DNA from: the human T2T-CHM13v2.0 reference genome, Homo sapiens
Assembly (NCBI RefSeq): GCF_009914755.1
Contig: NC_060943.1
Length of the DNA: 64,000 nt
Strand: one strand, 5' to 3'
The notes under the pieces were generated by a model. It was not told the DNA's origin. It saw only the letters and a list, made by a program, of their open reading frames with translations, and did not search any database. The number at the start of each line of letters is the position of its first letter. The stretch's first letter is position 1. Shown here piece after piece: positions 1 through 15,820 of the stretch. A program made the translations under genes and the position numbers.

Positions 1-3000
1 CACCAGAAACCCGTTCACTGTTACCCACTCATTCTTCACAGTGGAAACCTGTTCACTGTCACCCACTCATTTACCACAGTGGGAACCTGTTCACTGTCAG
101 TCACTAATTCATCACACTAAAAACTTATTCACTGTCAGCCACTCATTCACCACAGTGGGAGCCAGTTTACTGTCACCCAATAGCTCACCGCATTAAAAAC
201 CTGTTCACTGTCAGCCACTCAGTCAACACAGTGAGAACCTGTTTACTGTCAGCCACTCATTCATCACTGTGGGAACGAGTTCACTGTCACCCACTCATTC
301 ATCACAGTGAGAACCTGTTCACTGTCCCCACCTCATGCATCACAGTGGTAACCTGTTCACTGTCACCCACTCACTCACCACAGGGGGTACGTGTTCACTG
401 TCACCCACTCATTCACCACAGCGGGAACCTGTAAACTGTAACACACTCAGTCATCACAGTAGGAACTTGTTCACTTTTAGCCACTCATTCACCTCAGTGG
501 GAACCTGTTCACTGTCACCCACACATTTATCACAGTAGAAACGTTTTCACTGTCAACCACTCACTCATCAGAGTTAAGAATCTGTTCACTGTCAGCCACT
601 CACTCATCACAGTGGGTACCTGTTCACTGTCAACCACTCACTCATCTCATCGGGAACCTGTTCACTGTCACCCAGTCATTCATCACAGAGGGAACATGTT
701 AAATGTCAGCCACTCATTCACCACAGTGGGAACTTGTTCACTGTCACTCTTTCACCACAGTGGGAACATGTCCCCTGTCAGCCACTCATTCTCCACAGTA
801 GGAACCGGTTCAGTCTCTCCAACTCACTTATCATGGTTGGAAACTTTTCACTGTCACCCTCTCATTGACCATATTGGGAACCTGTTCACTCTCACCTACT
901 CACTCATTACAATGAGTACCTGTTCAATGTTAGCCACTCATTCACCACAGTGTGAACCTGTTCAGTGTCACCCACTCACTCATCACAATGAGAACCTGTT
1001 CACTGTCACACACTCACCACATTGGGAACCATATCACTCTCACCCACTCATTCACCACAGTGGGAGCCTGTTCTCTGTCACACACTTATTTATCAGTGTT
1101 TGAACCTGTTCTCTGTCACCCACTCACTCATCAGAGTGAGAACTTGTTTGCTGTTACCCACTTAATAACCACACTGTGAACCTATTCATGGTCTCACACT
1201 CACTCATCACAGTGGAAAACTGTTCACTGTTACCACACATTCACCAGAGTGGGGAACTTTTCACTGTCAGGCACGCAATCACCACAATGGGAACTTGTTC
1301 GCTCTCACCCACTCACTCACCACCCTGGGAATATATTTATTGTCACCCACTTATTCATCAACGTGGAAACCTGTTCACTCTCACCCACTCATTTATGACA
1401 GTGAGAACCAGTTCACTGTCATCCACCTATTCATCATAGTGGAAACCTGTTCACTGTCACCCACTCGTTTATTACAGAAGGAACCTATTCACTATCACAC
1501 ACTCATCACAGTGGGAACCTGTTCACTGCCAAGCACTCATTCATTACAGAAGGTACCTGTTGACTGTGATTCACACATTCATCACTGCGGGAACTTGTTC
1601 ACTGTCAGTCACTCATTCAAACCAGTTCACTTTCACCCACCAGACCACCGCAGTAGAAACGTGTTCAGAGTCACCAACTCACTCATCAGAGTGGAAACCC
1701 GTTCAGTGTTAGCCACTCATTCATCACAGTCAACACCTGTTCACTGTCACCCACTTATTCATTACAGGAATAACTTAATCACCGCCACCCCCTTACTAAT
1801 TACAGTAGAAACCTGTACACTGTCATACACTTATTTACCCCAGTGGGATCATGTTCACTATCAGTCAGTCACTCATCACATGTGAACCTGTTCCCTGTAA
1901 GCCACTCATTCACCACAGTTGGAATGAGTTCGCTGTCACCATCTCCTTCAACTTAGTAGGAATCTGTTCACCATCAGCCACTCAGTCACCACAGTGGGAA
2001 CCAGGTTACTGTCAGCCACTCACTCATCACAGTGAGAACCTGCTCACTGTCACCCTCTCATTCCTCACAGTGGGAACCTGTTCACTGTCACCTACTCATT
2101 CACCACAGTGGGAACTTGTTCACTATCACCCACTCATTCACCACAGTGGGATCCTGTTCACTGTCACTCATTCATTCATCACAGTGGGAACCTGTTCACT
2201 GTCACCCACGCATTCATTACATGAGGAACCTGTTCATTGCCACCCACTCATTTATCACAGTGGGAACCTCTTAACTATAAAACACACATTCACCACAGTG
2301 GGAGCCTCTTCACTGTCACCCACTCATTCTTCATATTGAGAACCTGTTCACTATCACCCATTCATTAATTACAGGAGAAACCTGTTCACTGTCACCCACT
2401 TATTCATCACTGTGAGAACCTGTTTACTGTCACCCAGTCACTCACCAAAGTGGGAAAGTGTTCACTATCACCCACCCATTCATCATGGTGGAAACTTGTT
2501 CACTGTCGCCCACTCATTCACCACAGTGGTTACATGTTCACTGTCACCCACTCATTCATCAAAGTGGGAACCTCTTTACAGTCAGCCACTCATTCACAAC
2601 AGTGGGAACCTGTTCCCTGTCAGCCACTCATTCATTACAGTGGGAACCTATTCACTGTCACCGAGTTATTCATTACAAAAAAACCCTGATCACTGTCACC
2701 CACTCGTTCACCACAGTAGAAACCTATTCACTGTCAACCACTGTCACTCCAGTGGAAACCTGTTCACTGTCTGCCACTTGTTCACCACATTGAGAACCAG
2801 TTCACTGTCAATAACTCACTCACCACTGTGGGAATCTCTTTGTCACCCACTCATTCAACACAGTTGGAACCTGTTCACTGTCACCCTCTCATCCATTACA
2901 GGGGAAAACTGTTTACTGTCACTCCCTCATTCATCACAGTGAGAACATGTTCACTGTCACCCAGTCACTCACCACAGTGGCAACCTATTCACTGACACCC

Positions 3001-6000
3001 ACTCACTCATCATCATGGGAACCTGTTCACTCTCACCCACTCATTCACTACGGTTGGAACATGCTCATTCTCACCACCTCATGCATCACAGTGGGAACCT
3101 GTTCACTGTCAGGCACTCTTTTACCACAGTGGGTACCTGTTCACTGTTACCCACTCACTCTTCACAGTGGGAACCTGTTCACTGTCACCAACTTATTCAT
3201 TACAGTAAGAACCTTATCACTGTCAACGACATATTCACCACTGTAGGAACCTGTTCACTCTCATCAATTCATTCACCACAATGTGAACGTTTTCCCTGTC
3301 AGCCAACCATTCCCCAGAGTGGGAAGCTGTTCACTGTCACCCACTCATTCATCACAGTGTGTACCCATTAACTATAAGCCATTCATGCATCCTGATGGGA
3401 ACTTCTTCACTGTCACCCACACACTCATTACAACCTGATCAATGTCAACCATTCACTCACCAAAGTGGGTACTAGTTCATTCTCAACCACTAATTCATCA
3501 CAGTGTGAACCTGTTCATTGTCACCCAATCATTCATTACAGGAGGAACCTGTTCACTGTCACCCACAAAGTCATTAGATTGGGAACCTGTTCACTGTCAC
3601 ACACTCATCCATCACAGTGGAAACCTGTTCACTGTCAAGCACTCATTCACTACTGTGGGAACCTCTTCATTGTCAACGACTCACTCAAAACTGTTGGAAC
3701 CTGTTCACCGTCACCCATTCTCTCATTACAGTGGGAACCTGCTCACTGTCGTCCTCTCATTCATCACAGTAAGAACCTGTTCACTGTAAACCACATACTC
3801 ACAACTGTGGGAACCTCTTCACTCTAAATCACTCATTCACCACAGTGAGAACAAGTTCTACATCAGCCACTTATTCACCATAGTGGGAACCTGGTCACTG
3901 TCACCACTAATTCATCACAGTCAGAACCCGTTCACTATAAGCCACTCATTCATCACAGTGGGAACCTGTTCACTGTCACCCACTCACTCATCACTTTGGG
4001 AACATATTCACTGTCAGTCAAACATTCTCCACAGCGGGAAACCGTTCACTGTCATGCACTGTTTCATTACAGTTAGAACCTGTTCATTCTCACCCACTTA
4101 CTCATCAGGATGGGAACTTTCACTGTCCACCTTTCACTCACCACAGTGGGAACATGTTCACTCTCACTTACACATTCACCATAGTGGGAACCTGTTCAGT
4201 GTCAGGCACTCATTAATCACAGTGGGATCCTCTTCACTGTCAGCTATTCACTCAACACATTGGGAACCTATTCACTGTCACCCATTCATCACAGTGGAAA
4301 CCTGTTCACTGTCAGCCAGTCATTCACCACAGGGACAACATGTCCACTTTCAGCCACACATTCACCACAGTGCGAACCTGTTCACTATCACCCACTCTTT
4401 CATTACCGTGCAAACCTGTTCGTTGTCACCCAATCATTCATTGTGGGAAGAACCTGTTCACTGTCACCCACAAGGTCATTAGAGTGGGAACATGTTCACT
4501 GTCACACACTCATTCATCATAGTGGAAACCCGTTCACTGTCAAGCACTCATTCACTACTGTGGGAACCTGTTCACTGTCACCCACTCACTCAAAACTGTC
4601 AGAACCTGTTCACTGTCACCCACTGTCTCATTACAGTGGGAACCTGCTCACTGTCACCCTCTCCTTCATCATAGTAAGAACCTGTTCACTGTAAACCACA
4701 CACTCACAACTGTGGGAACCTATTCACTCTAAACCACTCATTCTCCACAGTGAGAACCAGTTCTATGTCAGCCACTCATTCACCACAGAGGAAACCTGCT
4801 CACTGTCACCCACTCATTCATCACAGTCAGAACCCGTTCACTATAAGCCACTCATTCATCACAGTCGGAACCTCTTCACTGTCACCCACTCACTCATTAC
4901 AGTGGGAACCTGTTCCCTGTTGACCACTCATTCACCACAGTGGGAACCTGTTCATTCACACCCACTCAATCATCACAGTGGGAACCTCTTGGCTGTCAAG
5001 CACTCACTAACCACAGTGAGAATCTGTTCATACTCACCCACTCACTTACCACTGTTAAAATCTGTTCACTGCCACCCATTCCTTCTCTCAGTGAGAACCT
5101 GTTCACTGTCACCCACTCACTCATTAGAGTGGGAACCTGTTCACTGTCACCCACTTATACATCAAAATTGTAACCTGTTCGCTGTCACCCACTCACTGAT
5201 CAAATCAAGAATGTGTCAAAAGTCACCCAGTCACTCATCACAGTTTGAATCTTTTCGCTGTCACTCACTGACTCATCACAATGCAAACGGATTCACTGCC
5301 ACCACTCATTCATCACAGTGGGAAGCTGCACATTGTCACTCAATAATTTATCACAGTTGGAACCTGTTCACTGTCACCCCACTCATTCATCACACTGCAG
5401 CCTATTTATTGTCACCCACTCACTCCTCATAATGGGAACCTGTTCACTGTCACCCACTCACACACCATAGTGGGAACCTGCTCACTGTCAGCCACTCATT
5501 CTCCACAGTGGGAACGTGTCCACTCCCACCCACTCATTCACGACAGTGGGGAATCTATTGATTGTCTCCCACCCATTCATCACAGTGGTAATCTGTTCGC
5601 TGTCACACACACATTCATCAAAGTGGGAACCTGTTCACTGTCATCCATTCACTTATGACAGTGAGAAACTTCACTGTTAGCCACTCATTCACCACAGTGG
5701 GAACATTTTGTCTCTCACCCAAACATTCACCACAGTGGCAACCCGTTTACTATCACCCACTAAATCTTTATGGTGGGAACCTGTTCACTGTCACACACTC
5801 ATTCATTACAGGAGGAACGTGTTTACTGTCACCTACTCATTAATCACAGTGATTAATCACATTAAACCTGTTTAATGTCAGCCACTCACTTCCCACAGTG
5901 GAAACCCGTTCACTTTCAGCCACTCACTCCCAATAGTGGAAATTTGTTCACTGTCACCCACTCATTCACCTCTGTAGAAACCTGTTCACTGTCTCCCAAT

Positions 6001-9000
6001 TATTCGCCAAAGTGGGAACCAGTTCACGGTCACCCACTCATAAATCACACTGGGAAACTGTTCACTGTCGCCCACTCATTCATCACTGTGGTAACCTATT
6101 CATTGTGAGCCACTCGTTTATCACAGTGGGAGCCATTTTACTCTCACCCACTCATCGAGAGCAGTGGGAAGTAGTTCATTGTCATTCACTCGTTCACTGC
6201 ACGAGAAACCTGTGCACTGTAAGCCACTCAGTCACCACAAAGAGAACCTGTTTAATTTCTGCCACTCATCCACCACAGTGAGAATCACTGTCATTCACTC
6301 ATTCACCACAGTGAGAACCTGTTCACTGTCACCCACACATTCATCACAGTGGGAACCTGTTCACTGTCACCCACTCACTCATCGCAGTGAGAACCTATTC
6401 ATTATCAGACACACATTCAACACAGTGGGAATCTTTTCACTCTCACTCACTCATTCACCAAAGTGGGACCCTGTTCACTATCTCCCACTTATTCATTAAT
6501 GGAGGAACCTCTTTACTGTCAGCAAGTTATTCATTACAGTGGGAACCTGTTCACTGTCACTCACTCGTTAACCGCAGTAAAAACCTATTCACTGTCAGCC
6601 ATACGTTGACCAAAATGGGAACCTGTTTAGCGTCACCCACTTACTCATCACAGTTGGGACCTATTCACTGTCGCCCACACATTCACCACAGAATGAACCT
6701 GTTCACTTTCAAACACTCATTCCCCACAGTGGTAATCAGTTCTCTCTCACCTACTCATTCACCACAGTGGGAACCATTTCACCTTCACCCTCTCGCTCAC
6801 CACAGTATAAACCTGTTCACTGTCAGCCACTCAGCCACTACGATTGGAACCTGTTTACTCTCAGGCACTCATTCACCACAGTGGGAACCATTCACTGTCA
6901 CCCACTCATTCATCACAGTGGGAACCTCTTCACTGTCACACAGTCATTTATTACAGAGGGAACCTGTTCACCTTCATGGACTCATTCATTACAGAAGGAA
7001 AGTGTTCACTGTCTCCCACTCATTCATTACAGTGGAAACCTGATCACTGTCACCCACTCACTCACCTCTGTGCTAACCTGTCACTGTCAGTCTGTCACTC
7101 ATCACAGTGGAAATCTGTTCACTCTCACCCACTCATTCACCACATTGGGAACCTGTTCACCTTAACCAGTCACTCATCACACTGGGAAGCTCTTCACTGT
7201 CACACATTCATTCTTCACATTGGGAACCAGTTCACTTTCACCCACTCATTCACCACAGTGTGAACGTCTTCACTGTAACCCACTCATTCATCAGAGTGGG
7301 AACCATTTCACAGTCACTCACACATTCATTACAAAAGGAAACTGTTTGATCTCACGCACTCACTCATCAAAGTGGGAACCTGTTCACTGTCACCCACTTA
7401 CTCACTAGAGTGTGAACCTGTTCACTGTCAGCCACTCATTCATCACAGTGGCAGCCTACTCACTGTCAGCCACTCACTCACCACAGTGGGAACCAGTTCA
7501 CTGTAACCCACTCGTTAACCGCAGTAAAACCCTGTTTACTGTCAGCCACTCAGGCACCATACTGGGAACCTGTTTGCTGTGAGCCACTCATCCACCACAG
7601 TGGGAAGCAGTTCACTGTCACCCACTCTTTCATCTCTGTTAGAACATGTTCACTGTCAACCACTCATACCTCACAGTGAAAACCTGTTCACTGTCACCCA
7701 CGCACTCACCACAGTAAAAACCTGTTCACTGTCACCATCTCATTCACCACAATGAAAACCTGTTCAATGTCAGCCACACATTCACTACAGTGGGTACCTG
7801 TTCACTGTCAGCCCCTCACTCATCACAATGGGAACCAGCTAACTGTCACAAACTCATTCATCACAGTGGGAAACTGTTCACTATCAGCCACTCATTCACC
7901 ACAAGGGGAACCTGTTCGGTTTCAGCCACTCATTCACCACTGTGGGATCCTGTTCACTGTTACCCATTCATTCATCACAGTGCAAACTTTTTCACTGTTT
8001 CCCACTCATTAATTACAAGAGGAAGCTTTTCACTGTCACCCACTCATTCATCACCATGGAAACCCGTTCACTGTCACCCACTTATTCATCACAGTGAGAA
8101 CCTGTTCACTCGCCCACTTGTTCACCACATTGGGAAGCTGTTCTCAGTCAGCCACCCACTCACCACAGTGGGAACCTGTTCACTGTCACCTACTCACTCA
8201 TCACAGTGGGAAAATATTCATTGTTGCCCACTCACTCATCAGCTTGGGAACCTGCTCACTGTCAGCCACCCAATAACCACAGTGGGAACCTCTTCACTCT
8301 CACCCACTCATTCAGCACAGTGGGAAACTTCTGACTGTCACCCACTCTTTCATCTCTGTTAGAACATGTTCACTTTCACCCACTCATTCCTCACAGTGAA
8401 AACCTGTTCACTGTCACCCACTCACTCACCACAGTAAAAACCTTTTCACTGTCACCATCTCATTCACCACAATGAAAACCTGTTCAATGTCAGCCACACA
8501 TTCATCACAGTGGGTACCTGTTCACTGTCAGCCCCTCACTCATCACAATGGGAACCAGTTAATGGTCACAAACTCATTCATCACAGTGGGAAACTGTTCA
8601 CTATCAGCCACTCGTTCACCACAAGGGGAACCTGTTTACTTTCAGCCACTCATTCACCACGGTGGGACGCTGTTCTCTGTTACCCACTCATTCATCACAG
8701 TGCAAACTTGTTCACAGTCTCCCACTCATTAATTACAAGAGGAAACTTTTCACTGTCACCCACTCATTCATCACCATGGAAACCTGTTCACTGTCACCCA
8801 CTTATTCATCACAGTGAGAACCTGTTCACTCGCCCACTTGTTCACCACATTGGGAAGCTGTTCTCAGTCAGCCACCCACTCACCACAGTGGGAACCTGTT
8901 CACTGTCACCTACTCACTCATCACAGTGGGAAAATATTCATTGTCACCCACTCACTCACCAGCGTGGGAACCTGTTCACTGTCAGCCACCCAATAACCAC

Positions 9001-12000
9001 AGTGGGAACCTATTCACTCTCACCCACTCACTAACCACAGTGGGAATGGGTTTAATGTCAGCCACTCATTCACCACAGTGGGAACCTATTCACTCTCACC
9101 CACACATTCAACACATTGGGAACCTGTTGACTGTCACCCACCCATTCATCTCAGTGGGATCCTGTTAATGGTTACCTACACATTTATCACAGTGGGAACC
9201 TATTCACTCTCACCCACACACTCATCACAGTGAGATACTTTTCATGGTCAATCACTCTTTCACCACAGTGGGAACCTGTTCACTCTCACCCACTCATACA
9301 TGACAATGGTAACTTGTTAACTGTCACCCACTAACTTATCACAGTTGGAAAGTTTTAACTGTCACCCATTCACTCATCACAGTGGGTACCTGTTCACTGT
9401 CACCCACTCACTCATCACAGTGGGAACCTCTTTACTGTGAGCTACTCATTCCTCACAGTGGGAACCTGTTCACTGTCACCCACTCATTCACCACTGTGGG
9501 AAACACTTCACTGTCACACACTCATTCATCAGAGTGGGAACCCTGTTCACAGTCACTCACACATTCATAACAAAAGGCAACTGTTCCCTCTCATGCAATC
9601 ACTCATCACAGTGGGAGCCTGTTCTTTGTCACCCACTTATTCACCAGAGTGGGAACCTGTTCACTGTCAGCCACTCATTCATCACAGTGGAAACCTATTC
9701 ACTGTCAGCCACTCATTCACCACAGTGGGAACCTGTTAACTCTCCCCCACTCACTCATCACAGTGGGAACCTGTTTATGGTCACCAACACATACATCACA
9801 GTAAGACCCTTTTCAGTGTCAACCACACATTCACCACTGTGGAATCCTGTTCACTCTCACCCACTCATTCATTACAACGAGACCCTTTTCCCTGGCAGCC
9901 ACTCATTTCCCACAGTTGGAACCTGTTCACTGTCACCCATTCATTCATCACAGTGGAAACCCGTTAACTATAAGCAACTCATTCATCACAGTGGGAACCT
10001 CTTCACTTTCACCCACACACTCAGTACAATGGGAACCAGATCAATGTCACCCACTCACTCACCACAGTGGGAACTTCTTCATTCTCAACCACTCATTCAT
10101 CACAGTGAGAACCTGTTCACTGTCACCCACTCATTCATCACAGTGGAAACGTGTTCACTGTCATCCACACACTAATTACAATGGAAACCTGTTCTCTGTT
10201 ACCCACTCATGCATCACAGTGATACATTTTCTCTGTCACCAACTCACTCATAACATTGGGAACATGTTCACTCTCAGTCACTCATTCTCCTCAGTGGGAA
10301 GCAGTTCACTGTCACGCACTGATTTATCACAGTGAGAACCTGTTCACTGTCAGCCACTCATTCACCACAGTAAGAACCTGTTCACTGTCAGCCACTCATT
10401 CACCACAGTGTGAACCTGTTCACTGTCACTTACTCATCCACCACAGTGGGAACCTGTTCATTGCCCACTGGTTCATTACAGAAGAAACCTGTTTACTCTA
10501 ACCCACTCATTCACCACAGTGAGAACCTGTTCCATGTCAGCCACTTATTTACTACAGTGGCAACCTGTTCACTGTCAACATTCATCAGAGTAGAAATCCG
10601 TTCACTATAAGCCACTCATTTATCACAATGGGAACCTCTTCACTGTCACCCACTCACTCATTATAATGGGAACCTGTTCACTATTAACCACTTGTTCACT
10701 GTCACCCATACATTCTCAAAGTGGGGACCTGTTCACTGTCAGCCACTCACTCATTAGAGTGGGAACCCTTTCACTGTCTTCCACTCATTCATAACAATTG
10801 TAACCTCTTAACTGTCCAGCACTCACTCATCACATCAGGAACCTGTTGAAAGTCACCCACTCACTCATCACAATGGGAATCTGTTCAATATCACCCACTT
10901 ACTCATCACAGTGGGAATGTGTTCACTGTCAGCAACTCATTCATCCCAGTGAGAAGCTGCTCACTGTCACCCACTCTTTTATCATAGTGGGGACCTGTTC
11001 ACTGTCACCCACTCATTCATCACACTGGGAATCTATATATTGTCACCCATTCTCTCATCATAATGGGAACCTTTTCACTGTCATACACTCACACACCATA
11101 GTGGGAACCTGTTCACTGTCAGTCATTCCTTCACCACAGTAGGAGCCTTTTCCCCCTCACCCTCTCTTTCACCACAGTGGGAATCTGTTGATTGTCACCT
11201 AATCATTCATCACAGTGGGAACCTGTTCACTGTCACCCACATTTTCATCACAGTGGGAACCTGTTAACTTTCACCAACTCATTCATCACAGTGGGAACCC
11301 ATTCACTGTCAGCCATACATTCACCACAGTGGGAACATTTTCACTCTCACCAAAACATTTTCCACAGTGTAAACATGTTCACTGTCACCCACTGAACCAT
11401 CATGGTGAGAACCTGTTCACTGTCACACACTCATTCATTACAGGAGGAACGTCTTTACTGTCACCAACTCATTCATCATGGTGGGAACCTGTTCAATGTC
11501 AGCCACTCATTCACCACAGTGGGAACCTGTTGACTGTCAGGCACTCATTTCCCACATTGGGAACCTGTTCACTGTCATCCACTCGTTCACCATAGTAGAA
11601 ACCTGTTCACTATCACCAACTTACTCACCAAAGTGGGAACATGTTCACTGTCACCCACTAATTTATCAAAGTGGGAAACTGTTCACTGTCGACCACACAT
11701 TCACCACAGTGGTAACCTGTTCACTGTCAGACATTCATTCATCAGAATGGGAACCATTTCACTGTCACCCACTCATTCACCACAGTGGGAAGTAATTTAC
11801 TGTCAACCACTCGTTCACCGCAGTAGAAACCTGTTCACTGTAAGCCACTCAGTCACCACAGTGGGAACCTGTTTACAGTCAGCCACTCATTCACCACAGT
11901 GGGAACCAGTTTACTGTCATTCACTCCTTCACTACAGTGGAAATCTGTTTACTGTCACCCACACATTTATCATAGTGGGAATCTGTTCACTGTCACTCAC

Positions 12001-12896
12001 TCATCACAGTGAGAACCTGTTCATGGTCAGCCATTCATTCACCACATTAGGAATCTTTTCACTCTCACCCACTCATTCACCACAATGGGAAACTGCTCAC
12101 TGTCTCCCACTTATTCATTACCGGACGAACCTCTTTACTCTCAGTAACTTATTCATCACAGTAGGAACCTGTTCACTGTCAGCCACCCATTAACCACAGT
12201 GAGAAGCTGTTCACTGTCAGCCACTGACACATCACAGTGGCAACCTGTTCACTGTCACCCACACAGTCACCACAGTGAAAACCTGTTCATTGCCACCAAC
12301 TCAATTGCCACCGTGGAACCTGTTCACTCTCACCCACTCATACATCACAGCGGTAACTTGTTAGCTGTCACCCACTCACTCATCACAGTAGATACCTATT
12401 CACTGTCACTCACTTACTCATCACAGTGGGAACCTGTTCACTGTCAGCTGCTCATTCTTCACATTGGGAACCTGTTCACAGTAAACCCCTCATTCATCAC
12501 CATGGGAACCTGTTCACTGTCACCCACTCATGCATCACACTGGGATCCTATTAATTTTCACCCACTCACTCATCACACTGGGAACCTGTTCACTGTCACT
12601 CACTCAATCCCCAGAGTGGGAACCTGTTGACTGTCAGCCACTCACTCACCACAGTGAAAACCTGTTTATTCTCACCCACTCATTCACCACAGTGGAAACA
12701 ATTTAACTGTTACCCACTCCTGCATCACAATGGGAACCTGTCACTGTCACTCACTCATTCATCACAGTGGGAACCTGTCACTCTCAAAAACTCAGTAATC
12801 ACAGTGGGAACCTGTTCACTGACAGCCACTCATTCACCATTCACCACGATGGGAAGCTGTTCACTCTCACCCATTCTTTCACCACTGTGGAAAGCT
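1..12896 (+). repeat. 38-bp tandem satellite array, left block (continues beyond window start)
   Basis: The GG(G/A)AACC core recurs at 43 and 81 (period 38). Consensus CACAGTGGGAACCTGTTCACTGTCACCCACTCATTCAC with many substitutions and small indels; C/A-rich plus strand, few CpG. Confidence 0.97.
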
Positions 12897-15790
<2,894 letters not shown>

Positions 15791-15820
15791 TCATTTTTAT
15801 TGAAAATGATAAAGGAGATA

